NCBI GenBank assembly: GCA_016432365.1
Contig: CP066686.1
Coordinates: 355 to 64,354, forward strand
Length of the DNA stretch: 64,000 bases
DNA from: Candidatus Woesebacteria bacterium
GTDB taxonomy: Bacteria; Patescibacteriota; Microgenomatia; UBA8517
Direction of reading: 5' to 3'
The notes under the pieces were generated by a model, which saw only the letters and a list, made by a program, of their open reading frames with translations, made no database searches and was not told the DNA's origin. Position numbers and translations under genes: made by a program. Shown piece by piece: positions 1 to 8,540 of the stretch. How positions within the stretch are numbered: position 1 is the stretch's first letter; each line of letters begins with the position of its first letter.

Positions 1-410
1 AGTTTACGACCCGAAGGCCTTCATCCTCCACGCGGCATTGCGACGTCAGACTTTCGTCCATTGCGTACGATTCCCTGTTGCTGCCATCCGTAGATGTAAG
101 GGCCGTGTCTCAGTCCCTTTCTGCCCGTTTCCCCTCTCAGGGCGGGTACCCGTCATAGGCTTGGTAGGCCATTACCCTACCAACTACCTGATGGGAGATA
201 GGCTCATCCATCGGCGCGCAGTGAAGCGCTTTTCCCTTGCGGGGTCATGCGGTATTAGCTCATCTTTCGATGAGGTATTCCACACCATTGGGGAGATTCC
301 TATCCATTACTCAGCCGTTCGCAACTCGTCCCTTGCGGGACTCGTTCTACTTGCATGCATAAGGCATGCCGCCAGCGTTAATCCTGGGCCAGGATCAAAC
401 CCTCAAAAAG
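1..410 (-). rRNA. rrs: 16S rRNA, 5' portion (truncated by window start)
   Basis: Minus strand has a 27F-like site AGGGTTTGATCCTGGCCCAG (384-403), GCGGCATGCCT..GCATGCAAGT, a 338F-like site ACATCTACGGATGGCAGCAA (78-97) and GCAATGCCGCGTG; 5' end approximate. Confidence 0.97.
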
Positions 411-411
411 C

Positions 412-441
412 GTCCTACATAGCCTTACGGCGACGTGGGAC
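412..441 (+). repeat. palindromic element with purine internal loops (rRNA leader copy 1)
   Basis: GTCCTAC-ATA-GCC-TTAC-GGC-GAC-GTGGGAC. Confidence 0.55.
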
Positions 442-500
442 AATCCTGATTTCCCGATCACATACTGAATTCCAATACATTCATACAAATAATATGAAAG

Positions 501-548
501 CCCTTCCGTAGCCGTCCGAAGCTTTAAGCGTAGGATGGCGAAGGAGGG
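501..548 (+). repeat. nested palindromic element (rRNA leader copy 2)
   Basis: CCCTTCC-GTA-GCCGTCC-GAA-GCT-TTA-AGC-GTA-GGATGGC-GAA-GGAGGG. Confidence 0.65.
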
Positions 549-782
549 TCGAACTCAATACATATTCCAGCCTGCTAAGGACTGGTCGTCTCATCAATTT
601 CGCACAGAGATTGAGAGACAATTTTGATTAACCTAAAATCTTTGACTTTTAATGTGCCTAGTCAAAAGTAACAAAACTCAAGCTAAAACAAGGCAGAAAA
701 ACAATACTTAACTAAATAAACTGTGGCTTTTCTTTGTTTACAACTTGAGGTTTGGTACTTTTAATGAGCTTGCTCTGAAATC

Positions 783-810
783 CTTCCGAAGCTCGTTAGA
801 GCGTAGGAAG
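783..810 (+). repeat. palindromic element (rRNA leader copy 3)
   Basis: CTTCC-GAA-GCTC-GTTA-GAGC-GTA-GGAAG. Confidence 0.6.
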
Positions 811-838
811 ATAAGGTTCTAAAATGGAGAGTTATCAA

Positions 839-865
839 TCCCTCGTAGCTTCATGCGGAGTGGGA
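839..865 (+). repeat. palindromic element (rRNA leader copy 4)
   Basis: TCCCTC-GTA-GCT-TCA-TGC-GGA-GTGGGA, similar to 57250-57275. Confidence 0.65.
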
Positions 866-890
866 CGAGTCAACTTCATCGTGTAGGGGT

Positions 891-920
891 ATTATAACTT
901 AGACAGTAGGCATAAGTCAA
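891..920 (-). promoter_or_regulatory. sigma70 promoter of the rRNA gene
   Basis: Minus strand TTGACT-18 bp-TATAAT about 480 nt upstream of the 16S 5' end. Confidence 0.7.
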
Positions 921-961
921 TGCAGGCATTTTTCCGTTTTTAAGCCTAATTTTGCCAAAAT

Positions 962-1001
962 AAAACCCGGAGAGATTTTTGTGGATCTTCTCCGGGTTTT
1001 T
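962..1001. terminator. bidirectional intrinsic terminator
   Basis: AAAACCCGGAGA...TCTCCGGGTTTTT hairpin downstream of 1061-1426. Confidence 0.75.
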
Positions 1002-1060
1002 CTTACTTTTCGTACATCTCGCCTGCCGCGCTATTCAGTTGTTTGATCCGGCAATCGGAT

Positions 1061-1426
1061 CTAATTGCTGATGAGCACGATGAGGCCGAGGCCAACCAGT
1101 TCGCCCAGGTCGGGCTGATAGTTCGGGTCAAAACCCGTGATCTCGGCCAGGCCGAAGTGCATCTTGCGCGCCGCGTCGATCGGGTTGATCATCGGGAACA
1201 CGTCGCCCACATGGACGAGCTTCTCGATACCCGTGCAGGCCCACTCAGCGTGGAGGATCTTGCCATTGGGCAGGACCACACCTTCGCTCTCGAGGAACAT
1301 CGTGGCCGGGGCCGCGTATTCCATTCCTTCGAAGTTGAAGGTGATCGTGTCAGCGCCTTTATCGAGGGCGTCGAAACCGAGAATGCCGCGCTTATCGAGC
1401 AAATCGTTGATCTTGGACTGGGACAT
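1061..1426 (-). CDS. hypothetical protein (GC-rich, SD-led cassette gene)
   Basis: 121 aa ORF with SD AAAGGAGA, promoter TTGACA-17-TACTAT (1502-1530) and downstream terminator. Confidence 0.8.
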   Translation of the reverse strand: MSQSKINDLLDKRGILGFDALDKGADTITFNFEGMEYAAPATMFLESEGVVLPNGKILHAEWACTGIEKLVHVGDVFPMINPIDAARKMHFGLAEITGFDPNYQPDLGELVGLGLIVLISN

Positions 1427-1555
1427 GGTGTTCTCCTTTCAAGGGAACGCGCAAAATATGGATGGATGTGAAATTGCTTGCCTACCTATGTAGACAATAC
1501 TATAGTATCATATCTTTTGCCAAATGTCAAGCTATAGGTCTAAATTGATGGGTAG

Positions 1556-1981
1556 TTACTTTAACTTAAGTGAAGATATCTCACTGGGCAAAAACGAGCC
1601 AATCGCTCCGCCAATTTTGTTTCTCAACTGAACCACATTTCCGAGATCTCTGTAATTTCTAACCGCCACCAACCTGTTTTTGTGTTTAGTATCCAGTCCT
1701 AAATATGATTTCTCCGAAGGTATCCGAAATGTAAAAATCCCGTCTTTGTACTCAGAACAATGTTCAATCGCTACAGTTATGTCCATCGGACGAGAATTTT
1801 TACCTTTCTCTTGTAGGTCTTCCATGCGTACCTCAAGTAACAATTCTATTCCATTGTCGTTGGCAAATTTGATTTGCTGCTCGAAACGGTCCGTGGCCTT
1901 ATTACTTAACGGGTCTTCTTTCCATTCTTTTAAGGCCCTATCAAGTCCCTCTTGTGTTGTTTTTGAGACTTCCATACCCAA
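1556..1981 (-). CDS. hypothetical protein, paralogue of 8541-8924 and 9738-10142
   Basis: Shared AL..W...P N-terminal and F.P.(E/D)I C-terminal motifs; start may be the ATG at 1975. Confidence 0.75.
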   Translation of the reverse strand: MGMEVSKTTQEGLDRALKEWKEDPLSNKATDRFEQQIKFANDNGIELLLEVRMEDLQEKGKNSRPMDITVAIEHCSEYKDGIFTFRIPSEKSYLGLDTKHKNRLVAVRNYRDLGNVVQLRNKIGGAIGSFLPSEISSLKLK

Positions 1982-2014
1982 ATAATACTCCCTAGCTTTG
2001 CCAAAATCAAATTT

Positions 2015-2293
2015 TCATTCTCCCCCAAGTCCGGGAACATTGTAAGAAGCCTCAATGTATATATCTCCGATATTTTGTTTTTGTTCTTCTGAAAATTCCA
2101 CCTCATCGTCATATTTAACATAGCAACCAATCTCATTGAGGATTCTGGAAATTAGCTCCGGATCTGCTTCCCTACAAAAAATCACACGTGCCTGCACATC
2201 TCGGCCGGTAACCAATTCCGCCACCAAATAGGACTTCCCGGAAACTTCTGAAAATTCTTCATCGACAACTACTCCAACTTTATTCTCGACCAT
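2015..2293 (-). CDS. hypothetical protein
   Basis: 92 aa acidic ORF, TACAAT upstream. Confidence 0.65.
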   Translation of the reverse strand: MVENKVGVVVDEEFSEVSGKSYLVAELVTGRDVQARVIFCREADPELISRILNEIGCYVKYDDEVEFSEEQKQNIGDIYIEASYNVPGLGGE

Positions 2294-2343
2294 AATTGTC
2301 AGAATTGTACCATACGTTCACTTTCTGAAGTTTAATAATATTT

Positions 2344-3060
2344 TTAATCCACTCTTTTGGATTCTTCGAATATTTCTCTAACCACCGGCATCTGGGCCAA
2401 CAAAACCTTGGCCGATTCATTTTCAAACTCTCTTAGTACTTTTTCAAGTTCGTCCGGACTTGTATAAGTGGCCATTTCAGATGCCAAATAGCCGGGAATA
2501 AAATAGTCCGGGTGTTTATCCATGGTTGTAAGAAGCCTCGGGAGAATTTTCTTTGCGTCCAGCGGATTGTAACTGATAAGGCCGATGCAAAACATGCCTC
2601 TGAATTTCCAATCGAAGGCATCGTCTTCATACCATCTGGTTACCGCCTCCCTTGCCTCCGGGGTAGCCGAACCTACAATACTGGAAACAATGATGGCAAA
2701 ATCCTGGTCATCCTCAGTAGTCTTACCCTGTACCACAAATTTTTCTTCAACAATTTTGATTAGGCCGGGTACAACCGCCTCATTTTGAATCAAGGCCGCT
2801 ATCATTGCCACATCTGCGAGGGCCGAAGTCTTATGAACCAGAGGATTCCACTCAGACACTGATTTTGCCAAGGCCAGAGAAACCTTCTTCTGTGTATTTT
2901 CATTTAAATTTCTGTAAGTACCGGCAAGCCTGACAACCCCAGACTCATCGTCGTTATACCAAACAGGAGATAAGCTTTCTCCGCGAAGAAGCCACTTTGC
3001 GAGTTCGTCGGCAGAAGTCATTTCCAAAAAACTTATGTTTTGTCGCTCGATGGGTAACAT
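2344..3060 (-). CDS. hypothetical all-helical (HEAT/ARM-like) protein
   Basis: 238 aa ORF with amphipathic helical pattern, translationally adjacent to 3062-3733. Confidence 0.7.
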   Translation of the reverse strand: MLPIERQNISFLEMTSADELAKWLLRGESLSPVWYNDDESGVVRLAGTYRNLNENTQKKVSLALAKSVSEWNPLVHKTSALADVAMIAALIQNEAVVPGLIKIVEEKFVVQGKTTEDDQDFAIIVSSIVGSATPEAREAVTRWYEDDAFDWKFRGMFCIGLISYNPLDAKKILPRLLTTMDKHPDYFIPGYLASEMATYTSPDELEKVLREFENESAKVLLAQMPVVREIFEESKRVD

Positions 3061-3061
3061 G

Positions 3062-3733
3062 TTATTTTTGTATCAACCCCTGCCAGTCATCTTCTTCAAG
3101 AAACCTAAGAGCATTATCCAGCTTTTCTTGCCTAAAATATTCACCCATTTCCTCTGCAAGTCCCGCCTTGGTGGCAGTTAAATCAATTCGACCATTTTCA
3201 TCTGAGGCCGAAACGAGATACTGAAGATAAGAAAGAAAAGACGCCCTGGATATTGTCGTAAAGTATTCTTTTGTGACAAAAAACCATTCTCTTTTGTGCC
3301 AGGCATCAAAAGCTTGATCAATAATTCCCAAATATTCCTGTTTCCTGGCCGGATCAATAAAAATTGATTTCTGCTCATGTTTTAGTTCCAAAAGAAAATT
3401 TTTAAGTTCGCGCCCGGTGAATGTTTTAAGAAGATTAAAGTCTCCCCACTTTACTCCACTGTCAGCCGACAACGAAACGATGATTGTGTCGGGAGAAAGT
3501 GTCCTTACTAAATTGGCTATTAGCACCCCGTCCCCTCGATCAAAAAAACTATTGTCGATGAAAGCAACTGTAGGTTTTAGTCCGTCTTCGAGCAGCTTCT
3601 CTACTTCGGGCAATGAGGAAGCCGAACCAATTATTTTCTGATCATCATCGTGGCCCCAAGCCTCAACAACTCTGGAAAAACCCTCACGGGCAATGCGCGT
3701 GTCATCAGCGTGAATAATTCTTTCACCTTTCAT
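3062..3733 (-). CDS. response-regulator receiver domain protein with unknown C-terminal domain
   Basis: IIHADD, VAFID (phospho-Asp position), IIVSLSA and LLK motifs in the first ~120 aa. Confidence 0.75.
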   Translation of the reverse strand: MKGERIIHADDTRIAREGFSRVVEAWGHDDDQKIIGSASSLPEVEKLLEDGLKPTVAFIDNSFFDRGDGVLIANLVRTLSPDTIIVSLSADSGVKWGDFNLLKTFTGRELKNFLLELKHEQKSIFIDPARKQEYLGIIDQAFDAWHKREWFFVTKEYFTTISRASFLSYLQYLVSASDENGRIDLTATKAGLAEEMGEYFRQEKLDNALRFLEEDDWQGLIQK

Positions 3734-3764
3734 GTCAGAAGAGTACTACGGCAAGACTTGAAAA

Positions 3765-4310
3765 TCAAATCAATTCGGGAAGAAATTCGAGTTCAGAATC
3801 ATTAAAATGCCCCATTTTTTCTTTGGTGATTATTTCTGGATTTAATTTTTCTTTAAAATATTCCATATTTGGCTGTAAGGGAACCCACGGATCATCATCA
3901 GAAAAAACCGCAGTGATCTTGCCCGATCTAGTCTTGATTTTTTCATAGTCGATGGGTGTATTTATCCAAGGTGCAACATCTTCTTTCAACTCCCCTTCAT
4001 CAAGGTTCAGATATTGCCAGGGTGCAATCAATATTACTTTTTCAACTTTCTGATCTTTCCCAAATGTCTCCAAAAATCTTAGAATCGCAAGAGTGCCAAT
4101 ACTGTGTCCCACCAAGATATCGTCCGGACGAACTTCACCAACCACGTCTTTCAATTTGAAAAGCCATGGCTCAATTTTGGGATGGTTTGTTTCCGGCATT
4201 TCGGGCACAAAAACTTCATATCCTTGTTTTTCCAATACTGCTTTTGCCCAAGAAAACCAGTCATTCTTAGGGCTCCCTCCCCAACCATGAATCAGAAAAA
4301 CTCTCTGCAT
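3765..4310 (-). CDS. RBBP9/YdeN-family alpha/beta hydrolase
   Basis: IHGWGG, GHSIG nucleophile, SDDDPWV, MGHF; start corrected to MQRVF behind TATAAT. Confidence 0.92.
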   Translation of the reverse strand: MQRVFLIHGWGGSPKNDWFSWAKAVLEKQGYEVFVPEMPETNHPKIEPWLFKLKDVVGEVRPDDILVGHSIGTLAILRFLETFGKDQKVEKVILIAPWQYLNLDEGELKEDVAPWINTPIDYEKIKTRSGKITAVFSDDDPWVPLQPNMEYFKEKLNPEIITKEKMGHFNDSELEFLPELI

Positions 4311-4344
4311 GATTAAAATTATACCAAATGTTAAAATACCCCAA

Positions 4345-4659
4345 ATGGCAGATATTATTAAAGAGGTTGGCGGTGAAATTCCCTGGGATAAAGGACTACT
4401 TGAAGCCATGGAGGGGAAAGTCGCGGAGGAGATGGAAGGCCTCGATCATTCCTTTCGCTGGCTTACAGATCAGGAGAAAGATCAAATATTACAAGCGGGC
4501 GAAAGCCTGCCAAAGGACTTGCCCACAAGAAGATGGTTTGCAAGAACTGTCGTCATGGAGCTTAGAACAAAAAGTCCACTGAGTTCAGATAAATTTGACA
4601 GGCTGTTGGAAGAAAAATTGGCCGGCGCGCTTGCCGCAAAACAAAGATACTCAAGATAA
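4345..4659 (+). CDS. hypothetical protein
   Basis: TAAAAT-7 nt-ATG (MADIIK), divergent from the hydrolase. Confidence 0.65.
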   Translation: MADIIKEVGGEIPWDKGLLEAMEGKVAEEMEGLDHSFRWLTDQEKDQILQAGESLPKDLPTRRWFARTVVMELRTKSPLSSDKFDRLLEEKLAGALAAKQRYSR

Positions 4660-5058
4660 CTATTTTTTTTGAGTAACCCATACCTCACCCATATCCCGAT
4701 CAAGTTTGTGGTTTTTAGGAACATCTTGATAAATTTTTATCGCAGTCAATTCTCCACCAATTGCAGGCTCAAATGGAACAATTAGATTATTTTCGAATAA
4801 TAATAATCCCCTCCAATACCCCCTCCTGATGTCAAGAAGTGTTAGTTCCTCCGTACTCCCTTGGTCGGTAACCATGAACATTCGTCTACCTACTTCAAAA
4901 TTACGACTACCGGAAATTATTCGTGAAGTCTTTTTTTTATCTGGAGAGAATTCACTGATCATGCTCGAAGCTACGTCTTCGATTTTTGCGTCATCACCCA
5001 ATAGCTCTCCAAGATCGCGGGCAAATTCTCGCAACGCAGGCTGGTCTGTTTCAGTCAT
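4660..5058 (-). CDS. hypothetical protein
   Basis: TATAAT-6 nt-ATG (MTETDQ). Confidence 0.65.
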   Translation of the reverse strand: MTETDQPALREFARDLGELLGDDAKIEDVASSMISEFSPDKKKTSRIISGSRNFEVGRRMFMVTDQGSTEELTLLDIRRGYWRGLLLFENNLIVPFEPAIGGELTAIKIYQDVPKNHKLDRDMGEVWVTQKK

Positions 5059-5120
5059 ATCGCCATTATAGGCAATCGCGTTCAACAAATCAAAAATATC
5101 ACTTTCTGTTTCGAAGTACG

Positions 5121-5645
5121 CTACTTCTTATGACTGGAGCTCAAAAAACTTGGGGCGGCTGTGGGATTATTGGTATGTCTCAACATCCTTTCCTGTAAGG
5201 CTTTCTTGCTTACATTGATAATTTCCCCCTCTTTTGCCTCTAGACGTATAAAGCTGTCTATCGCCGTCGCCAGCTCATCAAGGCTTCCTATTTCAGAATG
5301 CTTTTTTGATTTATATATCATCTTATCCTCCATTGCGTTCTTGTTTACAAAATACACGGAAGTTATTCCCGGCCCCAACGTAAAAGCCACTTTTAACTCT
5401 CCACCGACCTTTGTAACAATATCGACCGCATCTACTGTAGAAATTGACTTTACCAATTCAAATTCGTGTTTTGACTCTGGGGGGAAACCTGCGTAATAAT
5501 TCAGGCGTTCACTGATTCCAGTATCGGCACCGCTATTGGCTCTGAAGACTATATCCTGAGCAATTTTTTCGATAAAATCCAAACTCGGAGCGAACTCTTT
5601 TTTTCTCTCGCCGATACCTCTTAGATGATCCGATAACCACTCCAT
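5121..5645 (-). CDS. hypothetical protein
   Basis: ORF, probable start MEWLSD behind TATTCT. Confidence 0.65.
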   Translation of the reverse strand: MEWLSDHLRGIGERKKEFAPSLDFIEKIAQDIVFRANSGADTGISERLNYYAGFPPESKHEFELVKSISTVDAVDIVTKVGGELKVAFTLGPGITSVYFVNKNAMEDKMIYKSKKHSEIGSLDELATAIDSFIRLEAKEGEIINVSKKALQERMLRHTNNPTAAPSFLSSSHKK

Positions 5646-5677
5646 TAACCCGAGAATACACACACTACCTGCCTTTG

Positions 5678-6103
5678 TCAAGCTATCGGGTCTGAATTTG
5701 GGGCTTTGACCGGAGTATATTCAAGCTGGTAGTATTTGCCGTCGTCATCATCCAAAATATACAGATCCATGTTTGGAATCATTAGCCCCAAGTTTATGAC
5801 TTTTAGAGTCCATTTTCTTAAATCTTGATTCGGACCGACAAGTTCTTCGACATCTTTTTTTCTTACAACCAACTCTCCATATTTTTCCCCGGCATTAATT
5901 CTGGCTCTAGATTCATTAAATGGAGAAATGTCGTTAATGGATAGTTTTAGGTAGTCGTCTCCAACTTTCTGAAATACTTTCCCTTTATTCATGGCACCAA
6001 CTAAACTAATTTGGTCGGCAAACCAATCCTCAAATGAATATTCCGGTTTCTCAACCTCATTACTTATACTTGCCAAGATAAGAATTTTCGCTTCTTTTTC
6101 CAT
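5678..6103 (-). CDS. hypothetical protein
   Basis: 141 aa ORF abutting the upstream ORF. Confidence 0.65.
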   Translation of the reverse strand: MEKEAKILILASISNEVEKPEYSFEDWFADQISLVGAMNKGKVFQKVGDDYLKLSINDISPFNESRARINAGEKYGELVVRKKDVEELVGPNQDLRKWTLKVINLGLMIPNMDLYILDDDDGKYYQLEYTPVKAPNSDPIA

Positions 6104-6337
6104 TCAGTTTGAATTTGGTCCGTCGTCAACACCTTTCAGTGCAACAATTTTTACCAATTTTTCATCGTCTTTACCAACTACGATTCCCCCATGTTCCTCT
6201 ATCTTCATTACTTCGTATCCCGCAGCTACTAAACGGCTAAAAACCTGTTCCGGTTCCAAGTGGTGCTTCTGGGCAACATCAACGCAAAAACTCCAAACTT
6301 TTTCGCTAAGCTTTATTATTGGACCCTGTCTCTCCAT
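6104..6337 (-). CDS. hypothetical protein
   Basis: Probable start MERQGP behind TAACCT. Confidence 0.55.
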   Translation of the reverse strand: MERQGPIIKLSEKVWSFCVDVAQKHHLEPEQVFSRLVAAGYEVMKIEEHGGIVVGKDDEKLVKIVALKGVDDGPNSN

Positions 6338-6376
6338 TAAGTTGAGGTTAAACCTCGAAAGTCTATTATTCAATCC

Positions 6377-6438
6377 CCAAAAAAATAGCGCCTGGTGGAC
6401 AATGATTGTATAAAACAAATCAATGCCGCCAGGCGCTT
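6377..6438 (-). terminator. intrinsic terminator, repeat copy T1
   Basis: AGCGCCTGGCGG...CCACCAGGCGCT-ATTTTTTT on minus; 36 bp (6403-6438) identical to 7810-7845. Confidence 0.85.
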
Positions 6439-6442
6439 GAGA

Positions 6443-6703
6443 TCAACTACTATGCCGATTGGAACTGTTCAGTTCCTGCTCAAATACTGCGTAAAAACGC
6501 AGCCAGCCTTGCGGCATACCGGAACGCAGGTCAGGAAAGACCGAACAACTGACAAGTCGGTAACCCTGGGCTGACGTAGCAGCAAGAAAAACGCTCCAGG
6601 CCTTACCTTGATCTTTTTTGTCTCCATCAATGGTGTCTATCAACATCGGGCCGATCGGAGACTGGTGTCCCGAAACTTCCAAGTGCTCAAATTTCTTTGA
6701 CAT
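6443..6703 (-). CDS. small hypothetical protein, paralogue of 7871-8113
   Basis: SD GGAGG; shared MS..FE, T..DG, W..FLA, V..SV.P and GW.R..A.F motifs. Confidence 0.75.
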   Translation of the reverse strand: MSKKFEHLEVSGHQSPIGPMLIDTIDGDKKDQGKAWSVFLAATSAQGYRLVSCSVFPDLRSGMPQGWLRFYAVFEQELNSSNRHSS

Positions 6704-6734
6704 ACGTCCTCCAAATAGTTAAATGCTTGACCCT

Positions 6735-7685
6735 TTAAAGTCTTGGATCAGCCAGATAAACACTTACCGTGTCGCCGGCTTCAATCTGGGAGTTGCATGT
6801 AGAATGTGTCGCATCGTCATCTCCAATGGTCAACTTTAGTACTTCGGGAGGCCAAATATTATTATCAATCTTTCTCCCAAGCACAGTAAGCGCAAATGGA
6901 GTTAGAACTTCTGTTGCGCTTCGACCAATCAATGCTGCCGTTTGAAACGCATAGAGAAATTGACTGTAACCACGGCGGACAAAAATCTTTTCGCCCCTCA
7001 ACAGTCTATGGTCTGTACAATCTCCTTCTCCGCAACGCGGACAAATGACCACATCCGAAGGCCTGATTTTCAACGCTCGGGAGATTTGATCGTCAAGCCA
7101 TATTTGCCCGGGCAAATAGCCGACAATCCGTTCGTCTGTGTATGGGCCGAGCAGTTTTTCCTGGAATACCTCCAACCTAGCCATATCTTCAAAGGCATGT
7201 AGACTTCCTTGCCCATGTTCTTCGCCGTCCGACAGTGCAACAACTACGTCGCCGCTTCCCAACCTATCCCAAGGCGCAGAATCAGCCTCCTTACCGTTAA
7301 CAAACACCCGTGCCAGTGCCAGGTCATCTTCACCGGTAAGTTTCTCCAAAAAAGAACTGAGTGATTGACCAGAGTCGCTAAACACAATGTTTTCAACGTT
7401 AAGGTGGTTAAGTCCAATTGGAGCGGAATATTCTGTCCAAAGACCTTTTTGTGTTTTGGTTAACCCCAACACTCCGGTTTTGGACAACGTATGCGCACGG
7501 GCAATCCGCGAAATTTGTTCTTCCGTAAACTGTCCCTTTGTTCGGAAAAAATTTCCGCCGGGTGTTGACGGCTTCCTAACCAAATATATTCCTACAACAT
7601 CCGATGTGGCCCGTCTCGCAATTGAATCAACAAAAACAGCAATTTCAGGGAAATCCCGTTCAAGGTTCTTTCCTTTTGTAAACAT
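6735..7685 (-). CDS. hypothetical protein with tandem beta-grasp-like motifs and CxxC-x3-C-x2-H; paralogue of 13638-14939
   Basis: SD GGAGG; VNG...GDVV, ICPRCGEGDCTDH, FLYAFQ, GDTV. Confidence 0.8.
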   Translation of the reverse strand: MFTKGKNLERDFPEIAVFVDSIARRATSDVVGIYLVRKPSTPGGNFFRTKGQFTEEQISRIARAHTLSKTGVLGLTKTQKGLWTEYSAPIGLNHLNVENIVFSDSGQSLSSFLEKLTGEDDLALARVFVNGKEADSAPWDRLGSGDVVVALSDGEEHGQGSLHAFEDMARLEVFQEKLLGPYTDERIVGYLPGQIWLDDQISRALKIRPSDVVICPRCGEGDCTDHRLLRGEKIFVRRGYSQFLYAFQTAALIGRSATEVLTPFALTVLGRKIDNNIWPPEVLKLTIGDDDATHSTCNSQIEAGDTVSVYLADPRL

Positions 7686-7716
7686 TTGTTCCTCCGATCA
7701 GATTTTAAGCCGAAAT

Positions 7717-7763
7717 GTGCAAACTATGGGGATTATAGACTTTTTGACTATCCAATTCCAGTT
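7717..7763 (-). promoter_or_regulatory. promoter-containing direct repeat P1
   Basis: 47 bp identical to 8149-8195; contains TATAAT on the minus strand. Confidence 0.85.
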
Positions 7764-7784
7764 CACCTAAGCCCGACAGCCCCG

Positions 7785-7845
7785 CCAAAAAAATAGCACC
7801 TGGGAGCAGTGATTGTATAAAACAAATCAATGCCGCCAGGCGCTT
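7785..7845 (-). terminator. intrinsic terminator, repeat copy T2
   Basis: Near-identical to 6377-6438. Confidence 0.85.
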
Positions 7846-7870
7846 TTGTTGTTTGCGTGTCGTGTCGACC

Positions 7871-8113
7871 TTATCTGTATTCAGGCACCCTGAAAGTTGC
7901 GTGCATCCGATACCAGCCGGGTCCGGGGATCTGGATATCAGGAGCAGGAATAACGGAATACCCAACCATCGTCACATTATTTGCTTCCTGTTTTGCAAGA
8001 AACTGAGTCCATGTCTGGGCATTCGCCGCCTTTTCCTCTTTACCGTCAACCATTGTGACAACAAATTCTTTACCGGGCGCAGCAAGGCACCAAACTTCAA
8101 AATATCTACTCAT
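7871..8113 (-). CDS. small hypothetical protein, paralogue of 6443-6703
   Basis: SD GGAGG, flanked by P2 and T2 repeats. Confidence 0.75.
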   Translation of the reverse strand: MSRYFEVWCLAAPGKEFVVTMVDGKEEKAANAQTWTQFLAKQEANNVTMVGYSVIPAPDIQIPGPGWYRMHATFRVPEYR

Positions 8114-8148
8114 ATCTACCTCCGAGAATATAGGAATTGTTTGAAAAC

Positions 8149-8195
8149 GTGCAAACTATGGGGATTATAGACTTTTTGACTATCCAATTCCAGTT
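8149..8195 (-). promoter_or_regulatory. promoter-containing direct repeat P2
   Basis: 47 bp identical to 7717-7763. Confidence 0.85.
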
Positions 8196-8540
8196 TTTTT
8201 CCTGCCCCCAAATCCCCATTGAATTTTCAGGTTCAACTTTGGCCTCCAAGAACACCGTGTTAAATTTCATTTTTGTTTTCTGTTTGTAAACAAGCGTTTG
8301 TGAGGAAACCGCGAGAAAGTTTCCACAAACCCCATCAAAACTGCACCTAGAAATTTTAGCTTTTTGAGCGAGGGATACACCAAACTGACCGAAGGGAATT
8401 TGGTGAGGGCGGAGGCTCCCCGGCAAAAAGCGTTAAGAAATTTCTGGATAAGTTTTGTAGGGGCACCCTTTCATCTCCATTCTTTGGGTGCGCAAAGAAT
8501 GGAAAAAGTGTGTTCTAGGAGGCAAGAAATTGGTAAAAAT

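Noticed and set aside
38-511. 157-aa ORF on the + strand
   Set aside because: Antisense to the 16S rRNA; spurious
1043-1493. Two + strand ORFs of 142 and 118 aa
   Set aside because: Shadows of the GC-rich minus gene 1061-1426, which has the SD, promoter and terminator
6377-8195. Direct repeats as a CRISPR array or integron attC sites
   Set aside because: Only two copies of each, spacing of hundreds to over a thousand bp, no cas or integrase genes, no clear RYYYAAC/GTTRRRY attC ends
8200-8540. Intergenic gap with hairpin (GTTTGTG..GAAAC...GTTTCCACAAAC) and DnaA-box-like words as a possible origin or ncRNA
   Set aside because: Only imperfect isolated boxes, no dnaA context and no recognisable RNA family
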